From Escherichia coli (GTDB taxonomy: Bacteria > Pseudomonadota > Gammaproteobacteria > Enterobacterales > Enterobacteriaceae): a DNA stretch of 64,000 bases. The stretch lies in the NCBI RefSeq assembly GCF_024223415.1, contig NZ_CP100500.1; one strand, 5' to 3'. Under the pieces are notes generated by a model that saw nothing but the letters and a program-made list of their open reading frames with translations, had not been told where the DNA came from and did not search any database. A program made the translations under genes and the position numbers. Below are positions 22,099 through 31,628 of this stretch, in pieces (position 1 is the stretch's first letter; each line of letters starts with the position of its first letter).

Positions 22099-22256
22099 CA
22101 AGTTGTTACACACAGTTAACAACAACAAAAACAGCCTGTTAGCCCAAAAAACAGACAACCGAAAAAGAATCACCACAGGAAAATGTGAAGCAAATAAAAC
22201 ATTTTCGATACACAAATGATACAATCATGCAACACAACTGTTGCAAGGATTGAATT

Positions 22257-24017
22257 ATGTTACGTAAGAGATCTGCAACTGAGTATCAGAAAGAAAAAGC
22301 CACGCTTCCGGTACTCCTGAGTGCATCATGGCAACGATGTACCGGCTATCATCTCGAAAGAGACAGTGCGCCCTCAGTATGTGTTGAGCATGACCAGTTA
22401 CGGGATCTCCGGTCGCACAACGGCTGGTCAGATATCCTTAAACAACAGTTCCCTGAATCAGGCTCTGATTTTTTCAGTAAATCACTGGTACTGGTTATTG
22501 CTGATGCATCAGGCGTGATCCTTGACACCTGCGGTAACAGGAAATTTCTGAATAAAGCCGAAGGTTTTTTCCTTTCCCCCGGTCATATCTGGACCGAACA
22601 ACACTACGGCACAAATGCCATAGGTACAGCGCTGGCTGTACAGCAGGCATGTGAAGTGAGGGGGAGTGAACACTGGCTCAACAGAAATTCAGGACTCTGT
22701 TGTTCGGCATACCCGCTATTTTCACCTGAAGGTTATCTTGCCGGTATCCTGGATTTATCGTCACCGGCAGATTTACCATTCCGTGATGCACCGGTGATTA
22801 TCAGGCGGTTTGTTCAGCAAACCGAATATCTCTGGACAACAAAACGACTCAATGCAGAGAGATATCTGTTGCATCTCCGCCGGGAAAACAACGCAGACAT
22901 CAGTGACAGTAGTGAATTTTTACTGGTCATTGAAGGTGATGTGATTGTTGGTGCCAACAGGCTCGCTGTGAATGAATTTGGCCTTCTTCCACCTTATGAT
23001 TCCGTCACTCTGGATACTCTCTTTACCGGGGGTAACAGACAGTCTGATTTTCTGGAATCGTGCAGCGGACAACGTTATCTGCAGCGACGCACCCGCCCCC
23101 ACAGAGCTGCCGTGAATCTGTCACCCCGCCTCCGTTTTCCATCGCGGCGTGAAGCGGACAACGAAAAAAAGGAAAAAGCACAGCAGTTAATCAACCACGG
23201 AATATCGGTCTGTATTACAGGAGAAACCGGAACGGGGAAAGAATATCTGGCGCGGGAGCTTCACCGTAACAGTTGCCGGAAAAACGGCAACTTTGTTGCA
23301 ATTAACTGTGCTGCCCTGCCGGAACACCTGACAGAATCAGAGCTTTTCGGATACGCTCCGGGAGCATTTACCGGCGCGAATTCCAGAGGTTATCCCGGGA
23401 AAATCAGGGAAGCCAGTGGCGGGATCCTGTATCTTGATGAAATCGGCGATATGCCGGCAACACTTCAGACACGGTTATTACGTGTACTGCAGGACAAAAA
23501 AGTGATTCCTCTGGGTTCAAACACGCCTGTGGACGTTGACTTCGTACTGATATCAGCCACGCACCGTGATCTGGATAAGATGTGTGCAGAAGGGACTTTT
23601 CGGGATGATCTGTTATACCGAATACGGGAATTTCACCTGCATCTTCAGCCACTTCGGGAAAGAAGCGACCTGGGTAAACTGATAGTTAAACTCTGGGAAG
23701 AATCTGAACAGGAGATGAAAAAAACCGTCATGCTGGGCAGTGAAATTATTGAAGATTTAAAACGACATTCATGGCCGGGGAATGTACGTCAGTTGCTGAA
23801 TGTGCTCAGAGTTCTGATGGCGCTGGCACGACCTGGAGGAAGAATCACTCCAGGTGATCTCAGCGTAGTGTCTGAAGATATTTGTCATATCCATAATACC
23901 GTAAAGATAGTGACCGAAAGAAAAATAGTGGATGAGGCCGGAGGAAACATCAGCAGAGCGGCAAAAATGCTGGGTATTTCCCGAAGCACATTATACAGAC
24001 GACTGAAAAGTCTGTAA
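22257..24017 (+). CDS. Sigma-54-dependent transcriptional activator (AcoR-like)
   Basis: AAA+ Walker A GETGTGKE, GAFTGA signature, C-terminal HTH; divergent from the ALDH operon. Confidence 0.85.
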   Translation: MLRKRSATEYQKEKATLPVLLSASWQRCTGYHLERDSAPSVCVEHDQLRDLRSHNGWSDILKQQFPESGSDFFSKSLVLVIADASGVILDTCGNRKFLNKAEGFFLSPGHIWTEQHYGTNAIGTALAVQQACEVRGSEHWLNRNSGLCCSAYPLFSPEGYLAGILDLSSPADLPFRDAPVIIRRFVQQTEYLWTTKRLNAERYLLHLRRENNADISDSSEFLLVIEGDVIVGANRLAVNEFGLLPPYDSVTLDTLFTGGNRQSDFLESCSGQRYLQRRTRPHRAAVNLSPRLRFPSRREADNEKKEKAQQLINHGISVCITGETGTGKEYLARELHRNSCRKNGNFVAINCAALPEHLTESELFGYAPGAFTGANSRGYPGKIREASGGILYLDEIGDMPATLQTRLLRVLQDKKVIPLGSNTPVDVDFVLISATHRDLDKMCAEGTFRDDLLYRIREFHLHLQPLRERSDLGKLIVKLWEESEQEMKKTVMLGSEIIEDLKRHSWPGNVRQLLNVLRVLMALARPGGRITPGDLSVVSEDICHIHNTVKIVTERKIVDEAGGNISRAAKMLGISRSTLYRRLKSL

Positions 24018-24337
24018 GAACAACGTGCTGCCGGATACGTTATTTGCGGGAAATTCCTGTTCTGTAAAATATATCTCAGGTTGTTAAAACCCTGTCATTC
24101 TTCCATGTGAACAGTATGAGAAACATCACACGGGTATATTCACGGCCGGCACAACCACAGACATAAATGATATCCTGCGCATCATTTCCTGATGCTCTGA
24201 TACTGAGTTAACCACTTATTTACATCTGACGATAAATTGTTTATTCATTCTTCAGGGTAAATAAAGCCATAAGGAGTGTGATATTCACGATACGCTGAAA
24301 ATCGGTGAACTGAAAAATGGCAGTTACAGGGGGAAAT

Positions 24338-25822
24338 ATGAGTGATTTAATTAATTTTATTAATGGCATAATATGGAGCCCGGCACTGGTCTGGCTTTGT
24401 CTTGGAACAGGCCTCTGGTTTTCTGTCAGGGGACGCTTCCTGCAGCTCCGGCATATTAAAGAAATGCGCCGTCTGATATTCCGGAGTAAACAGAATGATG
24501 CGGGCGTTTCCTCTTTTCAGGCACTCACGATGACACTGGCCGGACGGGTCGGAACCGGTAATATTGCCGGTGTTGCCACGGCTATCACCTTTGGTGGTCC
24601 CGGTGCATTATTCTGGATGTGGGTGGTGGCATTTCTCGGCGCAAGCTCAGCCTTTGTCGAATCCACACTGGGGCAAATTTATAAGGAAAAAATTAACGGA
24701 GAATACCGGGGCGGACCCGCTTTTTACATAGAAAAAGGGCTTGGGTTACGATGGTACGCATGGCTGTTTGCTGTGGTGACGGTGCTTTCCTGTGGGCTGT
24801 TATTACCCGGTGTCCAGGCGAATTCGATAGGAAGCAGCCTGAACCTTGCATTCGGGATTAGCCCCAATGTGACGGCAGCATTTATCGCCCTCCTTCTTGG
24901 ATTCATCATCTTTGGTGGTGTAAAACGGATTGCTGTATTTACCAGTACTGTCGTGCCTTTCATGGCTCTCGGCTATATCATTGTCGCGTGTGTCATTGTT
25001 GCACTTCATATTGAAAAACTTCCCGGCGTGCTCCTCCTTGTCTGGCGCTCTGCTTTTGGACTGGATGCAGGTTTTGGTGCCATTGTCGGGCTTGCCATTT
25101 CATGGGGGGTCAAACGTGGTGTCTATTCCAATGAAGCCGCTCAGGGAACCGGACCTCACGCCTCTTCCGCTGCGGCAGTGACACATCCGGTTAAACAGGG
25201 ACTGGTGCAGGCCTTTTCTGTATATATCGACACGCTTTTTGTCTGTTCAGCTACGGGATTTATGCTTCTTGTTACCGGTCTGTATAATGTTCAGGGCCCC
25301 GGTGATGTTGCCTTATATACCGGTATCGCCGGTGTGGCAGCCGGGCCCGGCTATGTGCAGACAGCCATGGAAAGTATGATGCCGGGGTTTGGTAATTATT
25401 TTGTCGCAATCGCACTGTTCTTTTTCGCATTCACCACGATTGTTGCTTACTATTATATCGCAGAAACTAACATTGCCTGGATTTGCCGTAAAACAGCACG
25501 CCCCTGGCTTATGATTGTACTGAAGATTATGCTGATGGTTTCTGCGGTATACGGTACGGTCAAAACCGCAGATATGGCATGGGGACTGGGTGATATAGGG
25601 GTTGGTATGATGGCATGGCTTAATATCATCGCTATATTGCTTATGGGAGGGACTGCGTTTAATTGCCTCAGGGACTACGAAAAACAGATGTCACAGAATG
25701 CTGACCCGGTATTTGATCCCGAACGCCTCAGTCTGCAAAATGCTGATTACTGGACAGAACACCGTGATGAAGTTAAAAAATTGAGTGAGCCCGGGCCCAC
25801 ATTCCGGACAACGTCGTCGTAA
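24338..25822 (+). CDS. Alanine/glycine:cation symporter (AGCS family)
   Basis: Collinear with YaaJ-type carriers from MSDLINFINGIIW. Confidence 0.85.
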   Translation: MSDLINFINGIIWSPALVWLCLGTGLWFSVRGRFLQLRHIKEMRRLIFRSKQNDAGVSSFQALTMTLAGRVGTGNIAGVATAITFGGPGALFWMWVVAFLGASSAFVESTLGQIYKEKINGEYRGGPAFYIEKGLGLRWYAWLFAVVTVLSCGLLLPGVQANSIGSSLNLAFGISPNVTAAFIALLLGFIIFGGVKRIAVFTSTVVPFMALGYIIVACVIVALHIEKLPGVLLLVWRSAFGLDAGFGAIVGLAISWGVKRGVYSNEAAQGTGPHASSAAAVTHPVKQGLVQAFSVYIDTLFVCSATGFMLLVTGLYNVQGPGDVALYTGIAGVAAGPGYVQTAMESMMPGFGNYFVAIALFFFAFTTIVAYYYIAETNIAWICRKTARPWLMIVLKIMLMVSAVYGTVKTADMAWGLGDIGVGMMAWLNIIAILLMGGTAFNCLRDYEKQMSQNADPVFDPERLSLQNADYWTEHRDEVKKLSEPGPTFRTTSS

Positions 25823-26084
25823 ATCAGAAACATTTTCCCGTCAGATGCCCGACGTATTCTGACGGTTAAGGGGCTGCAGGAGACGATATGCTCATTCCTG
25901 CAGCCCTGATTATTTCCCCTCCCTCCACAGGAAAAACATGCTCCCCTGTATTTTATACCAGATATTTTTATCTTTATCGTCCGGCCACCTTATGGTATAA
26001 AATCCGCAAACGGCAAGGCTGAACAGTACCTCGTTCCGGGTGGTTTGAGACTTTTCTGCCTTAGCCGTTTTCTGATCTTCAACC

Positions 26085-26303
26085 GTGGTATCAAAAATGA
26101 AAACAAAACAGGACTGGTTATTTCAGTTACGGCGATGCTCCAGTATTGAAACCCTGGAAAAAGTTATTGAGAAAAATCATTACTGCCTGACCCCATCAGA
26201 AATGGAAACATTCAATTCAGCGGCAGATCACCGGCTTGCAGAACTTAAAATGAATAAGCTTTATGACAAAATTCCGCCGTCAGTCTGGAAATATGTTTAT
26301 TAA
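26085..26303 (+). CDS. Hha/YmoA-family nucleoid-associated modulator
   Basis: 72 aa, near-collinear with Hha (…LRRC…[11 protein letters not shown]…[20 protein letters not shown]…). Confidence 0.8.
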   Translation: MVSKMKTKQDWLFQLRRCSSIETLEKVIEKNHYCLTPSEMETFNSAADHRLAELKMNKLYDKIPPSVWKYVY

Positions 26304-26585
26304 GTCTGCGCCACATACGGGACAAATTCCCGGGGATACGTGACATATGCCGGTAACACAATCACAAATATCGCGGTTGTATCAGCAATTGTTGATACAA
26401 CGAAAAATTTGCACCTGACAGCGGGCAGAAATGAACAGGAAGAATCAAAGCACAACAACTTATTACAAAACTCCGCACTGCCATATCCTGCTTTCAGGAC
26501 CATGCTGATTTTCATGACTGTTCCGGCAGGAACAGTCATTACGCAAAAAACTCCCCGGTAAAACCATTATCTGCCCTCCTGAAAA

Positions 26586-26774
26586 TCACTTCTTCGCAAG
26601 AGTACAACTGAGTTCAGGTATTTTGAGCTGAACACGCACTTTTTTCTGCGCCGGAAAAAATTTACGGTATTCCTCTTCCTTCAGCACTTCACCGGTATTG
26701 CGCCGCCAGATAAATGGTATGCCATCACTTTTCTGAATAACTGCATTAATCTGATAACAGCTCATTTTTCTCAC
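26586..26774 (-). CDS. Hypothetical small protein (62 aa)
   Basis: ORF only; overlaps the 3' end of the GrlA-like gene. Confidence 0.25.
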   Translation of the reverse strand: MRKMSCYQINAVIQKSDGIPFIWRRNTGEVLKEEEYRKFFPAQKKVRVQLKIPELSCTLAKK

Positions 26775-27195
26775 TTTGTTCCGGCGGCATTTCTCCTGCC
26801 CGACGCGAACACATCCAGCGACGCAGAGCCGTCAGCGTGTCTTCTTCCTGAACGCTGCAGGATTTTGGTGTGGCTGGCTGTGGAGCGGGTTGCCGGTAAC
26901 GTATCCCTGAGGCTGGCACAGACGTCACGCCCGGAGATACTGACAGGATCCGGATGGCACGGATTTTCTGACGGTGCGCATCAATCAGGTTAAGTACTTC
27001 GCTGTCAATGAACTCCCGCGCATCGCGGGTAATGAAAAGCAGAATATCGTGTGCCTCTGCCTGGCTGATGCCGAATGCACGCGCAACACAGATTTCGGTC
27101 AGCAATACTTTTTCTCTCAATCCCCACATGGCAACAGCGACATGCAGCGGAGCATGCTCAAAATCACAGACAATTCCCGGTAACATTTTTCTCAT
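26746..27195 (-). CDS. CaiF/GrlA-family transcriptional regulator
   Basis: PLHVAVAMWGLREKVLLTEICVARAFGIS fits the CaiF/GrlA winged-helix pattern. Confidence 0.5.
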   Translation of the reverse strand: MRKMLPGIVCDFEHAPLHVAVAMWGLREKVLLTEICVARAFGISQAEAHDILLFITRDAREFIDSEVLNLIDAHRQKIRAIRILSVSPGVTSVPASGIRYRQPAPQPATPKSCSVQEEDTLTALRRWMCSRRAGEMPPEQSEKNELLSD

Positions 27196-27603
27196 GCCAT
27201 CATCACCACACTAATCCCGCATGACTGGTAATACTTTAACTTCACACGCCATGGACGACAATATGCTGTAAAATCGCATCGTGCCGATCACTGATTCGCA
27301 TCGCATCATCCAGCACATTTACTTTTCCCGGTGTTGAAAGGAAGTATTTGTGGCAGCTTGTTGAAAATACAACTCCACCGGTCAATCCCCAGGATATAAA
27401 GACAGCAACGATAATGCAGGCCAGCCCCGGAGAATAACCTGCAAGAAAAAATGATCCCCCACCCGGTATTAAGGCTGTATGGGCAGGTTAACACGGTGAT
27501 TACTGTCAGTTAATACCATCACGCCGGCCCCAAAAACCTGTGGGCAAGGGGATGTCGTGCGGATCACTGAGCAAATTCATCGGAATGCGCAGCAAAGCAC
27601 TCC

Positions 27604-29955
27604 TCAGAATAACCCCCCTTCACCATCAGCCACAATCCTGTATCCCATCGCCTTATAACCCCGCTGGCGTTTATCCCACATTCTGAGCAGCACAGGATAC
27701 GCTTTATCCACAAAATCAATGATCCTGACATCGCTTTTACCGGTATACTGTCTGTGCAGACGCCCTGCATACTGCTGTAACGTCCCTTTCCATGACACCG
27801 GCATCGCCAGAATCAGCGTATCCAGCGGTGGGTGGTCAAATCCCTCACCAATAAGTTTACCGGTTGACAACAGAATGCGGGGAGAATCCTGAGGAAGCGC
27901 ATTTAACTCAGAAATCAGCATTGTACGCTTTTTTTTCGATAACCGGCCATGAAGCACAAAGGGTGACAGGTTCAGTGAATGCATTACTGATGCTATATCA
28001 TCCAGATGCTCTTTTCGTTCAGTCAGTACCAGAACTTTACGTCCCTGCGCGAATGCCTTCATGGCTTCTTCAGCTATCGCCACAGTCCTGTCATGATCAA
28101 GCGCAATTTCTCTGAAAATATCCTGGATCCCCGCATCCGATGGTAAATGTCCGGATGTAAAACGGAAACGGAGCTGCACTTCCAGATTATGCGGACTTTC
28201 CTTCGGGCTGGCCGCTGTGTGACGAAGGGCACCACAGTACATAAAAATGATGGGATGCAGACCATCCCGTCGGACAGGCGTTGCCGTCAGTCCCAAAAGA
28301 TATCTGGCATTCGTTTCCTTCAGAACAGCAGAAAATGAAAACGCTCCAGCATGATGGCACTCATCAACTATGACTTGCCCGTAATTCCTGACCACAGGTG
28401 CAACTTTGCCATGCCTGAACAGAGACTGCACAACAGCAATATCAATATTGCCAGAGGGGTTATGTTTGCCCCCTCCGATAATACCAATACCGTCACTGGT
28501 CTGCAGAAATACCCCAAGCCGCTCCTGCCATTGCTTTAATAACTCAGTCCGGTGTACCAGTACAAGTGTATTAACTCTCCGTCGTGCAATCACAGCCGCG
28601 GCGGTAACCGTCTTACCAAAAGCCGTTGGCGCACAAAGTACACCAGAATCATAACGGAGCAATACCGAAACAGCCTCTTCCTGATCCGCTCTGAGGTTTC
28701 CCGTGAACACAGCATGACATTCTGTACCTGCAAATCGTTCATCGATGATTTCTGCAGCAATATTGTTGTCACTGAGGAAGGATAATGCGCTGTCCAGACA
28801 TCCACGGGGTAACGCAATGTGTTGCGGATAATTTTCCGCACAACCTGTAACCCGGGGTTTATTCCAGACAGACATTCTCATGGCCTGAGCCTTATAAAAC
28901 ACAGGATTAGGAAACGCAGCCAGTCGAATAAGCCGGTTGGCCAGCGGCTGAGGTAATTGCGCTTTTTCGAAATAGATCTGGTTTGCCAGCGTGATTCTCA
29001 GCGGCTCAGCAACAGAAACCGTCAGTTTGTTTTCTGATGATGTTTTCCACGGCGTGCTCAGGTCTTCGTCGGTAAAGTTCACATCCAGTGGATGAATACT
29101 TCCTGTAGCCCGTAATATTGTCGGTTCTATATCCTGCACATTCATCGGGATCACCGATGCCAGGAATGCCCACTGATCAGGATAAGGCTGAAAATTCATA
29201 TCAACAAAAACACTGCCTCCCGATTCACGCGGTCTTTTTTGCAGAGGTAACGCGATGAGATTGCCGAATCCCCCTTTTGGCATGGTATCCTGATTAGGAA
29301 ATAATCGGTCATAAGAACTCAACCGCAGTTGCCGGGAACGGCTACACGTATGGCTGATAACGGCTGTCCCCAGTCGGCGTGCATCACGGGCCGAAACCCG
29401 GGAAGCAAAAAATATCCAGACATGCGCCCCCTGACGTGAGCGGGATATTTCCAGCGCTGCGGGTATCCCCAGCTCATCACAGGATCGCATGAATGCGGAT
29501 GCATCCTTCTGCCATTCAGCATCATCAAAATCAACAGCCAGAAAATAACAGGAATCGTCTTCCAGCAGCGGATATACCCCGACTGTATGGTAGCCTGCGA
29601 GATGACGGTAAATGACAGGATCGGATACAGGTAGCAACTGACGGTGTGCGCAGTCACCGCATTTTATCCCGGGCTTACCGCAGATTCCCGGCTTCCATTC
29701 GTTAGCACAGGCCGGCGAATACCCTGATTTACCACTGACCTGACTTTCCCAGCGAAGGGCCCATACATCATCACGCCCACGAAACAACCGACGAAATAAT
29801 GAAACCTTCTGTTCAGCAGATAATGCGGAAACATGATGTACAGAACGCTGCGGTTTACGTCGCCATTCAATCCCGTGAGCTTCAAGTAATGAGGCCAGAC
29901 GGGCATTTTCTGCCCTCAGTGCAGCTAATTCGTCGTTATCAGATTGACACACCAT
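27604..29955 (-). CDS. Putative primase-polymerase / SF2 (DEAD/DEAH-type) helicase fusion protein
   Basis: C-terminal helicase motifs I AFGKT, II DECHH, III TAT, VI QYAGRLHR; N-terminal zinc ribbon CGKPGIKCGDCAHRQ and acidic DFDD motif. Confidence 0.75.
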   Translation of the reverse strand: MVCQSDNDELAALRAENARLASLLEAHGIEWRRKPQRSVHHVSALSAEQKVSLFRRLFRGRDDVWALRWESQVSGKSGYSPACANEWKPGICGKPGIKCGDCAHRQLLPVSDPVIYRHLAGYHTVGVYPLLEDDSCYFLAVDFDDAEWQKDASAFMRSCDELGIPAALEISRSRQGAHVWIFFASRVSARDARRLGTAVISHTCSRSRQLRLSSYDRLFPNQDTMPKGGFGNLIALPLQKRPRESGGSVFVDMNFQPYPDQWAFLASVIPMNVQDIEPTILRATGSIHPLDVNFTDEDLSTPWKTSSENKLTVSVAEPLRITLANQIYFEKAQLPQPLANRLIRLAAFPNPVFYKAQAMRMSVWNKPRVTGCAENYPQHIALPRGCLDSALSFLSDNNIAAEIIDERFAGTECHAVFTGNLRADQEEAVSVLLRYDSGVLCAPTAFGKTVTAAAVIARRRVNTLVLVHRTELLKQWQERLGVFLQTSDGIGIIGGGKHNPSGNIDIAVVQSLFRHGKVAPVVRNYGQVIVDECHHAGAFSFSAVLKETNARYLLGLTATPVRRDGLHPIIFMYCGALRHTAASPKESPHNLEVQLRFRFTSGHLPSDAGIQDIFREIALDHDRTVAIAEEAMKAFAQGRKVLVLTERKEHLDDIASVMHSLNLSPFVLHGRLSKKKRTMLISELNALPQDSPRILLSTGKLIGEGFDHPPLDTLILAMPVSWKGTLQQYAGRLHRQYTGKSDVRIIDFVDKAYPVLLRMWDKRQRGYKAMGYRIVADGEGGLF

Positions 29956-30115
29956 ACCCTGAATCCATATTTCTTATAACCTGCCCCGGGATACTGCGCT
30001 GCACACGACAGAAACTCGTGTCGTCCCCCGGCACTGACAGCTCCCCGTACCTTACGATACATTAACGTTATCCCCTCACGATCCCTTACGGCAATCTTGC
30101 TTTATTCTCCCCCTT

Positions 30116-30679
30116 TCAGTTGTGTCGCGGTCGGCCGCGGTTACTTTTTTCAGGTAGTCTGCTACGCATCAGAATAATACCGTGTTCTTTCTGATCCTGT
30201 TTAGCCAGGTAGCTAAGGGCGTAACGTAAGTCATCTACCGCAGATTTATTACTATAGCGAATTACGTGATCAATACGCACCGGGTATTTATCTTTAGCCC
30301 GGCACAGGTGAAAATAACCATCCCCTTCCGTGATCCGCCTCCAGATATCTCCCAGCAGCCTGGATATCCGGTAAGATTTCTTGTGCCGTTGTCCATCCAG
30401 ATAGCCGATAAAATGAATATGAAGTCCCTTGTTTTGTGTATATTCCATAACCCAGTAATATCCTGCCAGAATCGTTTGGGTTTCGCTAAGTAAGCGCTGC
30501 ATCTCAATACACATACTGTGCTTACAGGAATGACCGAAACTGGGCGTGTCTTTCCTGTAGGCAAAATCAATTCTGAAAGGTAACAGTTTAGAAAAACGTT
30601 GAAACATACCTTCCATGTGTTTATTCACGTCTTTCAGAATCGTGAAATTCATTTCGTAATTGGGATTGGCATTGTACAT
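30116..30679 (-). CDS. HUH-motif protein, inovirus Gp2-like / YfjJ-YagK family
   Basis: GLHIHFIGYLD HUH-type motif; alignable with ORF 14155-14748. Confidence 0.65.
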   Translation of the reverse strand: MYNANPNYEMNFTILKDVNKHMEGMFQRFSKLLPFRIDFAYRKDTPSFGHSCKHSMCIEMQRLLSETQTILAGYYWVMEYTQNKGLHIHFIGYLDGQRHKKSYRISRLLGDIWRRITEGDGYFHLCRAKDKYPVRIDHVIRYSNKSAVDDLRYALSYLAKQDQKEHGIILMRSRLPEKSNRGRPRHN

Positions 30680-31628
30680 TTCATAGTCCTTACTTTATGA
30701 AGGTTGCAGGAAGAAGGAATTACGTAAATACTGAGGGCACAGAAAGGCCGTACCACGGCATTAATAAAAGAGATAACCAGCAGCACAGACAACCTGATAA
30801 AAATGTTTTGTATTACCTCATTACAGCAACGAGGTAATATTTCAGAATACAGTGAGACTCTCTTAAACTGAGGACCAGTACGACTTACAACGGTAAAAAC
30901 ACACCTCATATAATTGAGTTTCAGGAAGCACCATTCAATTACTGTCTCCCTGACATTCACAAAAGTCAGTATCGGGTAGCTACAGGCAACATCGCTATTG
31001 ATACTCCCGCACCATTAAATAAAAACAGAGACTCTGCAGAGAGAGCCTACAGATATTTAACCTCTCCACATAAGAATAATGGTATACAGTCCCCACACCA
31101 TCAAAAGATTGCTTCAGGATAATATTTCCTCATACCTGTAAACAGTACTGAGCCATAACACCAAAACTGAAGATAACATGCACTGATACGTACTTAACAT
31201 CAGTTACGTATCAGACACACATCAGTGGATTAGCTCCCTCAACATCACAGCGAACATTATAATTTATCGCACTACTAAACACTCTCTGGCTGTATGAAGG
31301 CACATGCATTACGCATCTACGGAATGGTCAGCATACAGAGGAGTGACATTGTAAACAGATAACAGATAACATAACTCCCATTAATAATACTAATTAACCT
31401 AAATTATTTATTGAATACGAGAACAATGAGGGAACCTCCTCATCCAGGACTAATGCCAGCAATATCCTGAGCAACACTCTATCCAATAGTAAATAATGGT
31501 TATAACTGTTATATTTACTGACTGACCTGTACCAGCGTTCTGTAATACAACAACGCTGAGATGCTAATGGCATAAGTCTCCTCCGCTATTTACGGAGGAG
31601 ACTATATGTTACTCAACGATTAAGTCAT

